Of a stretch of DNA of 35,448 bases, positions 1 to 8,457 are shown piece after piece (position 1 is the stretch's first letter; each line of letters begins with the position of its first letter). A model generated the notes under the pieces. The model saw nothing but the letters and a program-made list of their open reading frames with translations, was not told the origin of the DNA and did not search any database. Both the position numbers and the translations under genes were made by a program. The stretch is from Oligoflexus sp. (GTDB lineage: Bacteria; Bdellovibrionota_B; Oligoflexia; Oligoflexales; Oligoflexaceae): assembly GCA_041736305.1 (NCBI GenBank), contig JBGSTX010000164.1:1-35448 (forward strand), in the 5' to 3' direction.

Positions 1-207
1 AAGGCCGATGACGAGATCTATTTGCCTGTGATCCGGCAAGTTATCGAGAAGAGACCAACGTATGGCTATAAGCGCGTAACGGCTCTCGTCAACCGTATTC
101 TCCGAGGCACTTATAGAGCAGAAATAAATCGAAAACGTGTGTATCGACTCATGAAGATGCATGGTCTTATCTTGCCAAAATCAGGCGAGAAGCGCGTTTT
201 CGGCTGA
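1..207 (+). mobile_element. IS3-family transposase OrfB fragment (HTH region only); open at the window edge and truncated before the DDE core
   Basis: The frame from base 1 reads KADDEIYLPVIRQVIEKRPTYGYKRVTALVNR...INRKRVYRLMKMHGL, matching the IS3 OrfB 'YGYRR...N.KRV.RLM...GL' pattern. It stops at 207 with no integrase core. Confidence 0.85.
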
Positions 208-619
208 AAGCGATCTCCGCAAAATGAACATCATTCGTAAGCGGATCGAATTCCATAAGCTCGATGATGTTTTTGCGAGGCGAACTAGGATCACCCGAGA
301 AAGCAAAAATAAAATTATTCTGATCGCTATCGTAAGGGTTAGCTGGATTCTTTCCAAACACTATAACGCGCGGATGTTGCTCGGAAGCCGTCTGAAGACT
401 CCGACTTGAGAAGACAAGAGAGTAGCTTTCGAGTATTTCCGGAGTATCCAGACGCAATTGCCCGAGCAGGTCATCGATGCTTTTGATGTTATTTTTTAAA
501 ATGAGGTCTTTTAGATCCTTTATGCCAAAATTCGTCTGGGGCTCGGCTTTTACCATCAAGGGTGAGAAAAGAAGGCTTGTCGCTAAAGTCAAAGTCATAA
601 TGCATAGATGTTTCATCAC
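167..619 (-). pseudogene. Secreted hypothetical protein, probably 3'-truncated where it meets the IS3 fragment
   Basis: Signal peptide (MMKHLCIMTLTLATSLLFSPLMVKA) and an upstream AAGGAG RBS. The stop codon lies inside IS3-derived sequence. Confidence 0.55.
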
Positions 620-1075
620 TCAGCTCCTTCGCTTATGGCCTGAAGATACTCACGAAAGCTAGCCTTTTCCTCGATGGTCAAGGCCCGATGAGGGGCAGGC
701 GGCATCCGTCGACTGCTGTCGCCTTCATCGATCCGCTCCAAAAAAGCTTTCTGCGGTCTTCCACGCCACTAGAAGTAGTCAAAAACCACGTAGCCAAACA
801 GCAGGAGCCTCCAAAGCCAAGGAGCATCCGCAAGTCTATGGAGCTTACTGGAAAAAGAGGGACCGGTGAACAGCGGCATTCGCTCACGCGAAACCTTAGC
901 GCGTTCGCCTTGACCCGGCTCTAAAAAAACCGGGATTCAGGAGAAAGCGGATGGATATCTATGGCAAGCCTTGCTCTCCTGAGTCTCGTCCAGCTATGGT
1001 AGCCTCCGAAAGCTGGGATCTTCTACCCAGTAGCACGTTAAGAGGTGTTAAATAGCTCGCGCTAGGAAAAGTATC

Positions 1076-2083
1076 GTGACGAAGGGTCGGAAGTTCGCTG
1101 CATTGCAAAAAACTCTGCCTTGGGCCATCGTTCTTGGCTTATTGACCTGGAGCGTCGTTTTCTTCATCGCACCCAAACCTAGCGTGCGCCATCGCGTGCG
1201 ACTTGCCGTTCCGGGATTTCAAAGCAGCGCTTTAGTGATCCTTGCTCACGAGCAAGGTTTCTTCGCCGACGAAGGTATAGAGACCTCGATGACCTTCAGA
1301 GCGACTGGCCGGGATTGTCTCGATATGGTGATCAACGATAAAGCGGACTTTGCTGTCGTCTTTGAGACCCCGGTGGTCCATGCTTCTTTGGCTGGTCACG
1401 AGTTGAGCATTTTCACGGAACTCCATCGGTCCGATCATAATACTGCCGTTTTAGGACGAAAAGACCGGGGGATTACCCGACCGGCGGATTTAATCGGCAA
1501 AACGGTAGCCGTCGTGCCTCGGACCAATGCTGAGTTCCTCCTCGATCTTTTGCTCCGCTCACACCTGATTGATCCTGCTCGCGTCACTGTCGTCAAGAGC
1601 TCTATCGCGCAGGTCCTCGATGATCTCAAGTCTGGGCAGATCGATGCCGCAGCCTTCTGGGAACCTTACCTAGGCCAGGCTCTAGCGACAGATAAGGTCG
1701 CCTACATGCGCTTCCAATCGTCGTATTACTCAGAATTTTCTCTCCTCGCAAGTCTGCGTGGCAATCCGGATGTGACTGACGACGCGCTTTATGCCTTGAT
1801 GAGAAGCTTGGTGCGAGCCCAGATGTTCTTTCAAAAAGAAGCGCTCCAAGCTCAGTCCATCGTCGATAGGAAGCTGCACTCGTTGGGATTCTTCGTCTCC
1901 AGCGACACGTGGAAGACCCTCGATGTCAACCTCGGTCTCAGTGCCACTCTTCTCACCATGCTGCAGGAAGAAGCGAACTGGTACCGCAACCGTAGCGAAA
2001 ACTCCTCTGCCGTCGATATGCGTCTCCTGCTCAAAGAGACTTATATCAAAGCCGTGGTTCCCGACCAGGTGACCTTTCAATGA
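1076..2083 (+). CDS. SsuA/THI5(NMT1)-like periplasmic solute-binding protein with an N-terminal membrane anchor
   Basis: N-terminal TM segment; AHEQGFFADEGI, ADLIGKTVAV and GQIDAAAFWEP motifs; GTG start. Confidence 0.85.
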   Translation: MTKGRKFAALQKTLPWAIVLGLLTWSVVFFIAPKPSVRHRVRLAVPGFQSSALVILAHEQGFFADEGIETSMTFRATGRDCLDMVINDKADFAVVFETPVVHASLAGHELSIFTELHRSDHNTAVLGRKDRGITRPADLIGKTVAVVPRTNAEFLLDLLLRSHLIDPARVTVVKSSIAQVLDDLKSGQIDAAAFWEPYLGQALATDKVAYMRFQSSYYSEFSLLASLRGNPDVTDDALYALMRSLVRAQMFFQKEALQAQSIVDRKLHSLGFFVSSDTWKTLDVNLGLSATLLTMLQEEANWYRNRSENSSAVDMRLLLKETYIKAVVPDQVTFQ

Positions 2084-4047
2084 AGACCCTTCGTGCGCTC
2101 AAGTCGATACAGGCTCAGCTTCTGGGTCCTCTATTCGTGCTCTTGTTCGGTCTCACCGTGGTATTCATCTTTATCGCGATTTCTTTCCAAGCGGAATATA
2201 CTAGCCTTGGTACGCAGATCAAAATCAATTCCGATGTCAGTCGCTACGTCTTCGAAGTGTCGCGGAATCGCGCCCTCATGATGGAAAAACTAGTTCTCTA
2301 TAGGCTCAATCGCCAGCCCGTTCATCTCAACGAGCTCAATCGCTTAGTGAACAGTCGTCGGACCGTCATTCGCGAAGTGCCTTGGAATTTGCCTTCCAAT
2401 TCTTCCATCCGTTCACTGGGCCAGTCTTTGGCGGGAGGCTTGGAAGAATCGCTCTTTCTTCAGACCGAAATGATAGAGGCGATCCAAAGAGGGGACTTCA
2501 CGCGAGCCGATGAAGCTTTCCTACAGCTCTCGACGATATTTGAAATCAATTCAGCGCGCCTCAAAGATTTTTCTCTACGCATCGAATCCGAACTGAAAGG
2601 CAACGAAAGAGACCTCAAGAAACTCCTGGTGCAGATCTTTTGGACGCTTGCGGTCTCCGTGACCCTCTTGGGTTTGACCATCGTTCTGATAGCCTTATCC
2701 TATCGCAGTGGCATCGTGCGTCCGCTGCGGAATCTTCACCGCGGCTTGCAAAGACTGTCGCGCGGGGACCTGAGCTTTCGGATTTCCCATACTTCCGCTC
2801 CAGTCGAGATCGAAGAGATGGTTTCTGATTTCAACCATATGGTCAAGTCTCTCGAATCGAATCAGATCGTGCTCACGCGAACTAGAGAAGAGGCTTTAGA
2901 GGCCGCCCGAATCAAATCCGACTTTCTGGCTAACATGAGCCACGAAATCCGTACTCCCATGAACGCCATTATTGGAATGGCCGATATGCTGATGGAGGGC
3001 GAACTTCAGGACGAACAGCGTCGCTACGTTCGGATACTCCGAAACTGTGGCCAGGTCATGCTCAACGTCGTCAACGACATCCTCGATTTCTCGAAGCTCG
3101 AGCGCGGGGATTTGGTCTTGGAAATGGAATCCTTCGATTTCCGCGAGCTAGTTTCGAGAGTTGCCGAGCTTATTGAAGTCATGGCCACCCGAAAAGGCCT
3201 TAGATTCCGTTTCTCCTTTCACGCGGACGGATCGTCCTGGGTACGGGGAGACTCCAAGCGTACCGAGCAGATTATCCTCAATATTCTTGGAAATGCGGTC
3301 AAATTCACTGATACGGGACATATTCATTTCACTGCCATTCTTGGCGGTGCATCCCCCATGCTCGAAGCCAGCCTCCATATACTCGACTCCGGAGTCGGCA
3401 TCGAAGAGGAGAAGCTTTCGCAGATATTCAATCGTTTCGCTCAGTCTGATACGAGCATCACCCGAAAGTATGGGGGTACAGGTCTTGGACTCGCTATCGT
3501 CAAGCAGCTCGTAGAAGCGATGAAGGGTACGGTATCGGTGAAAAGTCAGGTCAAGCAGGGTACCGAGTTTGCCGTCCACCTCCCTTTCGCTCCGGGCGTC
3601 GAAGTGAAAGAAGCAGCAGAACCGAATGTCCTTCCCTTGGTCGAACTTTCGTTTCGCGAAAAGCGCATTCTGGTGGTCGACGACTCGGAAGACAATCGGT
3701 TCCTCATCAAAGCTTATCTCAAAAGTCTTCAGAGTCGCATCGAAGTAGCCGTCGACGGGAAGCAGGCGATCGAAGCATTTGAACGGCAGGAGTTTGACCT
3801 CATACTCATGGACATACAAATGCCTGTGCTCGATGGTTATGCAGCAAGTGCACGGATCCGAGAGCTCGAAACCATCTTGCAGCGGGCCAGGACCCCGATC
3901 TTCGCCCTGACAGCCCATTCCCTCGAAGCCGAGATCGCTCGGACCTACTCCGTGGGCTGTGACTTACATCTGACCAAACCTCTCCGCAGAGTGGATCTTT
4001 TCAACGCTATCGCGCGTTTTTTTGATCTTCCCCTTTCAGCGCCTTAG
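2080..4047 (+). CDS. Hybrid sensor histidine kinase (TM, periplasmic domain, TM, HAMP, HisKA, HATPase, REC)
   Basis: H-box FLANMSHEIRTPMN, N-box GNAVKFT, G1 DSGVGI, G2 GGTGLGL, receiver ILVVDD...LILMDIQMP...KP. ATGA overlap with the upstream gene. Confidence 0.95.
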   Translation: MKTLRALKSIQAQLLGPLFVLLFGLTVVFIFIAISFQAEYTSLGTQIKINSDVSRYVFEVSRNRALMMEKLVLYRLNRQPVHLNELNRLVNSRRTVIREVPWNLPSNSSIRSLGQSLAGGLEESLFLQTEMIEAIQRGDFTRADEAFLQLSTIFEINSARLKDFSLRIESELKGNERDLKKLLVQIFWTLAVSVTLLGLTIVLIALSYRSGIVRPLRNLHRGLQRLSRGDLSFRISHTSAPVEIEEMVSDFNHMVKSLESNQIVLTRTREEALEAARIKSDFLANMSHEIRTPMNAIIGMADMLMEGELQDEQRRYVRILRNCGQVMLNVVNDILDFSKLERGDLVLEMESFDFRELVSRVAELIEVMATRKGLRFRFSFHADGSSWVRGDSKRTEQIILNILGNAVKFTDTGHIHFTAILGGASPMLEASLHILDSGVGIEEEKLSQIFNRFAQSDTSITRKYGGTGLGLAIVKQLVEAMKGTVSVKSQVKQGTEFAVHLPFAPGVEVKEAAEPNVLPLVELSFREKRILVVDDSEDNRFLIKAYLKSLQSRIEVAVDGKQAIEAFERQEFDLILMDIQMPVLDGYAASARIRELETILQRARTPIFALTAHSLEAEIARTYSVGCDLHLTKPLRRVDLFNAIARFFDLPLSAP

Positions 4048-4134
4048 AACTTGCTCAAAAAATAACTGGGCCCAGTGCTCAGATTGATTGTGATCGTAGC
4101 TGTTCTGAACCGCTCCACAACTCTGAACGTCCTT

Positions 4135-4851
4135 TTAGATCTCATTCGCCAGATTATGATAAACGGTGACCACGTCATCATCGTTTTCGAGGAGGTCGAT
4201 GAGTTTCTCTATCTGTACCAAGGTCTCGGGATCGACCTCTTTTTTATTATTCGGAATACGCACGAGCGAAGCTTCTTCGGGTAAGACGTTGATAGCATGA
4301 AGCTTTTCTTGTATTTGGCCGAAGGCTTCCTTGGGGCCGGTTACTACATAATAAGATTCATCGAGTTCCACTTCATCGGCCCCAGCGTCGATCATCTGCA
4401 TCATGAATTCTTCCTCATCGATGCCTTCAGCGACTACTTCGAACTGCGCCTTATGATCGAAGACAAATTCTAGCGAGCCGACCGTGCCAAGCGTGCCATG
4501 GCATTTTTTAAAGGAGCTGCGGATATTCGCCACAGTCCGTGTCGGATTATCGGTAGAGGCCTCGACAAAGACGGCAACGCCACCGGGACCGTAGCCCTCG
4601 TAGGAGATGTCTTCGAATCCAACCCCCTCACTGCCCTGGCCTTTTTTTACAGCCTTTTCTATATGGTCCCTGGGTACGTTAAATTTTTTAGCCTTTTCGA
4701 TGGCTACTTTTAAGAGGAAGTTAGCCGATACATCACTAGTGCCGCCCTTGGAGGCCTTGAACACGTCCTTCAGCATTTTTGTATAGAGCTGTCCTCTAGC
4801 CTTATCGGCAGCGCCCTTCCTCGAAGCTATCTTTGACGACTTTCTTCCCAC
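4135..4851 (-). CDS. yebC: YebC/PmpR (TACO1) family protein
   Basis: YEGYGPGGVAV, TDNPTRT and C-terminal LENDDDVVTVYHN motifs; 238 aa. Confidence 0.95.
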   Translation of the reverse strand: MGRKSSKIASRKGAADKARGQLYTKMLKDVFKASKGGTSDVSANFLLKVAIEKAKKFNVPRDHIEKAVKKGQGSEGVGFEDISYEGYGPGGVAVFVEASTDNPTRTVANIRSSFKKCHGTLGTVGSLEFVFDHKAQFEVVAEGIDEEEFMMQMIDAGADEVELDESYYVVTGPKEAFGQIQEKLHAINVLPEEASLVRIPNNKKEVDPETLVQIEKLIDLLENDDDVVTVYHNLANEI

Positions 4852-4962
4852 GGCTTATCCTTCTTCAAAAATTCGGCTTAAATCCTAACAGACTTCCGAA
4901 AGCTGAGAAAGGAGTGGATTTGGCGTTGTTCGAGCGCAGCAGCTTTGGCTGTGTCTTTGTCT

Positions 4963-5796
4963 CTATCTCTTCTTATCGAGTGGCAGTATAAAGCTACCGG
5001 TCGATTGGCCGACCACCAGAGGTGAGACGCCGTTCCACTTTTCTATCATCTGCAGTTCGATGATCCCGGGATTTTTGCGGATGGCTTCGCCACGAATATC
5101 GATAGACTTGGCTTCACCTGCCGCGCGGATCTCGGCTGTCTCAGCGTCGACGCGGGCCTTCTCCTTGAGAAACTTGGATTTAGCGGCTTCCTGCTCCTGA
5201 ACCATCTTTTCTTCGATGGCTTTCTCTAGTTCGGCAGATAGCGTGACGTTTTCAATTACGATGTCTTCTATCACCATCAAATCTTGGATTTTCTTCTGCG
5301 CTGATTCGAGAACTTTCTGCTTGATGCGCTCGCGGCCTTTCACTATGCCTTCGGCCGTTTCCATTGCAGTAGCTTCCTTCAGAGCTTCCTGCACGCGCGG
5401 GGCGATTAGGGATTCAAAAGGTTTGCCCGCATAATCTGTGAAAATTTTGATGACCTTGCTTTCGGGAACACGATAGAGCACCTTCAGCATGACGTTGACC
5501 TGCTGCAGATCCGATGAATAAGCCTCGGATTTCACTCCCTCCGTCTCCTGGCGGATGGAGATGAGAGTCGTGGACGCGATCAGGGGAGGCTTGAAGGCTA
5601 TGCCCTCGGGTCTGGCGATGGGATCCGTTTTTCCTAGGGTGACAATGACGCCGCGATTCCCTGGTGAAACGACGAAGAAGCTAGAATTGGCCAAAATCAG
5701 GAGAGCCAGCGCAATGACGCCCGCCATAATCAGCTTGTTTGAGTTCGGTACCATACTATTATCGTCCTTTGAGTGGATCAGTTTTGGCCTTTCCAT
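4963..5796 (-). CDS. SPFH/band 7 (prohibitin-like) membrane protein
   Basis: N-terminal TM, VVSPGNRGV, SSDLQQV, AIEEK..QEQEA coiled coil, IEKWNG. GGAG RBS; overlaps the upstream gene by 19 nt. Confidence 0.92.
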   Translation of the reverse strand: MERPKLIHSKDDNSMVPNSNKLIMAGVIALALLILANSSFFVVSPGNRGVIVTLGKTDPIARPEGIAFKPPLIASTTLISIRQETEGVKSEAYSSDLQQVNVMLKVLYRVPESKVIKIFTDYAGKPFESLIAPRVQEALKEATAMETAEGIVKGRERIKQKVLESAQKKIQDLMVIEDIVIENVTLSAELEKAIEEKMVQEQEAAKSKFLKEKARVDAETAEIRAAGEAKSIDIRGEAIRKNPGIIELQMIEKWNGVSPLVVGQSTGSFILPLDKKR

Positions 5797-6785
5797 TTCA
5801 CTCCATATTCTAGGGGAGCACCTAGCTCATAGCTATGTAAACTTCCCAGGGTCGTGTCAGCGATATTGGCCAAAGCTTCGTGGGTGAGGAAGGCCTGATG
5901 CGAGGTGATAAGGACATTGGGGAAGGAAATGAGCCTCGCTAGCACATCATCCTGGACCCCTGACTCTGACATGTCGTGGAAAAAGATTCCTTCTTCCTCC
6001 TCATAGACGTCAAGCGCGGCAAACCCAACGTGCCCTTTCTTAAGAGCAGCGATGAGAGCAGAGGTCTTGACCAGCGCGCCTCGGCTCGTGTTGACGAGGA
6101 CCACCCCCTTTTTCATAGACTCTAGAGCTGCTTCATCGATTATATGTTTAGTCTCAGGCAGCAGCGGCACATGTAGGGAAATAATATCGGCTTTTGCATA
6201 GAGTTCCTGCAAAGGCACATATTCAAGGAGCTGCTGTTCGCGAAGTAGCGAATTGGGGAAGCGATCATAGGCCAGAAGCTTACAGCCAAAGCCCTTCATA
6301 ATGCGCGCAAAGGCTTGGCCAATGCGCCCGGTTCCAATGATGCCCACGGTTTTGCCATGCAAATCGAAACCGACCAAGCCATCTAGGGAAAAATTCATCT
6401 CGCGCACTCGATTGTAAGCACGATGGATGTGACGGTTCATCGACAAAATCAGTGCAACAGCATGCTCAGCGACAGCGTAAGGAGAATACTCCGGTACCCG
6501 AACTACAGGTATACCGAGATCGTAAGCAGCTTTGATATCGACCTGATTGAATCCCGCAGATCGCAAAGCTATGATGCGCACACCGAGAGACTTCAGAATC
6601 TCCAGCGCTTTTCTATCGACGCGGTCATTGACAAAGGCACAGACAGCATCACAGCCCTGAGCCAATTGTGCTGTGTCGGCCTTGAGGCGGACTTCGAGAA
6701 AAGTGATTTCGTGCTTGTAGGCCTGATTGCTTTTCTCAAAGGCACGGCGGTCAAATCCGTGGGTATCGAAAAAGGCCAACTTCAT
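5778..6785 (-). CDS. ldhA: D-isomer-specific 2-hydroxyacid dehydrogenase (D-lactate dehydrogenase-like)
   Basis: LRSAGFN, RVPEYSPYAVAEH, GIIGTGRIG, NTSRG, LDVYEEE and TSHQAF motifs. Confidence 0.9.
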   Translation of the reverse strand: MKLAFFDTHGFDRRAFEKSNQAYKHEITFLEVRLKADTAQLAQGCDAVCAFVNDRVDRKALEILKSLGVRIIALRSAGFNQVDIKAAYDLGIPVVRVPEYSPYAVAEHAVALILSMNRHIHRAYNRVREMNFSLDGLVGFDLHGKTVGIIGTGRIGQAFARIMKGFGCKLLAYDRFPNSLLREQQLLEYVPLQELYAKADIISLHVPLLPETKHIIDEAALESMKKGVVLVNTSRGALVKTSALIAALKKGHVGFAALDVYEEEEGIFFHDMSESGVQDDVLARLISFPNVLITSHQAFLTHEALANIADTTLGSLHSYELGAPLEYGVKWKGQN

Positions 6786-6855
6786 GGTACGCCGCCAGGT
6801 TCTCTAAACATCATACAATCTCTCCATGGTGTATGTTGTGTTCTTAAAGAAGCAA

Positions 6856-6875
6856 ATGTAGCAAAAAAGTTATAT
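6856..6875. promoter_or_regulatory. Candidate operator in the divergent ldhA/dabB promoter region
   Basis: Imperfect dyad ATGTAGC-AAAAAA-GTTATAT (5 of 7 complementary) in an AT-rich 160 bp divergent gap. Confidence 0.3.
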
Positions 6876-6945
6876 ACGATAGTAAAGTCGTAAGTTAGTA
6901 TTCTTTTGATTCATCGCCGCCGCGGCTCGGACCGCGAAGAGGTCC

Positions 6946-8427
6946 ATGATGCGAAACAATTTTGGTGCTCGGGTAATAGTCTTCTTTCTCTGGTGCCTCT
7001 TAGCTGTGTCTCTGGCTTGTTTTGGCTTCTATCTGGCTTACGGCAATGCAACTCCAGCTTTGTTTTTAGTTGATGTCGCCGGTCTAGACCTGGCCTTCAC
7101 TCTCCGCATCGATGCTCTCTCCACTCTTATGTTCATGACTATTTCGTTTCTCATGGCGGTCGTCGGCCAGTATGCGCTTCGCTACCTCGATGGTGAGGAG
7201 CGACAATGGTATTTCTATCGCTGGCTCCTGGTGACCGTTACATCTGTTACGATGCTAGTGCTGTCGAGCAATCTCCTTATGTTTTTTATCGCCTGGTGGT
7301 GCATGAGTTGGGGCTTGCATCATCTGCTGCTCTATAACGAACACCGCAAGGCAGCGGTGTATGCCGCGAGGAAAAAGTTGCTCGTGAGCCGACTCGGCGA
7401 CTTGGCGGTCATGGGAGCCATATTTTTTACCTACCGAGCTTGCGGCAGCTTCGATTTCCGCGATATTTTCGCTCTTGCCGAGGGAGCGCATGGCCCGCTC
7501 AGCGACGTCCAGATCTTTTCCTTCAATGTGGCGGGAGTTCTGTTGGCTTTTGGTGCCATGATTAAGTCGGCACAGTTTCCTTTTCACTTCTGGTTGCCCG
7601 AGACCATGGAAACTCCGACCCCTGTTTCAGCCCTCATGCATGCAGGGATCATCAACGCCGGTGGCTTTCTGACGATTCGACTCAGTCCTATCATGAGTCA
7701 TGCAACCTTCGCTTGCCTCATTCTTGCTCTGGTGGGAGCCTTCTCGGCGGTATATGGCTCTTTGGTGATGATGACGCAAAACAATGTAAAGAAGAAGCTA
7801 GCCTATTCGACGATTAGCCAGATGGGGATGATGCTTTTCGCCTGCGGTCTAGGGGCCTACGCACTGGCTCTCTTTCACATCATCGCCCATAGTTTTTATA
7901 AGGCGCACGCTTTTCTCAGTACCGGTGACCTTGTTGAAGAGAGCAAGCGCCTCTCGCTCCCTCTTCGGCCGCTTAAGCGCGTCTATCGTCTCCTGGCGAT
8001 TGCCGGCGGTGCGCTGATCCTCATAGTGGTTGCCCGCTGGGAGGCAAACACCTGGCTCGCTACTGCGGCGTACGGCGTCGTACTTCTCCTCGCTCTGCTG
8101 CAAAGTCTGAGCTACCTCGCCTTCGAACTCAAACCTCTTGGGAGAACTTTGGGCTTTTTGCTGCTCGCAGGCATCATCTATGCCGCCATGGAGCGAGGTT
8201 TGTACGCTTGGACTATTACTGAGCTATCCCGGGTACCAGGCTCCAACCCCTGGATCATGAGCGCCGTAGCTTTGTGCTATTTGATTTTCGTCGCCGGTTT
8301 TTGGCTGTCGAACGAACTGATGCGACCCCGCGGTCCTAGGATGCAAAAACTCTATGCGAGACTATGGAACGACAGTCATTTCGGGGTTCGCACGAGTCGA
8401 TTGCTCGCACGGATCTGGCCCGTTTAG
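6946..8427 (+). CDS. dabB: DAB inorganic carbon transporter membrane subunit (NuoL/ND5-like)
   Basis: RIDALS, YLDGE, SRLGD, KSAQFPFHFWLPETMETPTPVSALMHAG, LAYST and AHSFYKAHAFL motifs; directly upstream of the DUF2309 gene. Confidence 0.9.
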   Translation: MMRNNFGARVIVFFLWCLLAVSLACFGFYLAYGNATPALFLVDVAGLDLAFTLRIDALSTLMFMTISFLMAVVGQYALRYLDGEERQWYFYRWLLVTVTSVTMLVLSSNLLMFFIAWWCMSWGLHHLLLYNEHRKAAVYAARKKLLVSRLGDLAVMGAIFFTYRACGSFDFRDIFALAEGAHGPLSDVQIFSFNVAGVLLAFGAMIKSAQFPFHFWLPETMETPTPVSALMHAGIINAGGFLTIRLSPIMSHATFACLILALVGAFSAVYGSLVMMTQNNVKKKLAYSTISQMGMMLFACGLGAYALALFHIIAHSFYKAHAFLSTGDLVEESKRLSLPLRPLKRVYRLLAIAGGALILIVVARWEANTWLATAAYGVVLLLALLQSLSYLAFELKPLGRTLGFLLLAGIIYAAMERGLYAWTITELSRVPGSNPWIMSAVALCYLIFVAGFWLSNELMRPRGPRMQKLYARLWNDSHFGVRTSRLLARIWPV

Positions 8428-8457
8428 CCAAGAGTAACGAGCTGAAAGGAAGATGCG

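Noticed and set aside
620-1075. Known riboswitch (c-di-GMP, TPP) or the small ORFs 688-924 and 678-887
   Set aside because: I could not find the conserved riboswitch cores on either strand, and the ORFs lack an RBS or recognisable motifs.
6946-8427. NuoL or MrpA assignment for the ND5-like gene
   Set aside because: No other nuo genes are present, and direct pairing with DUF2309 indicates DabB.
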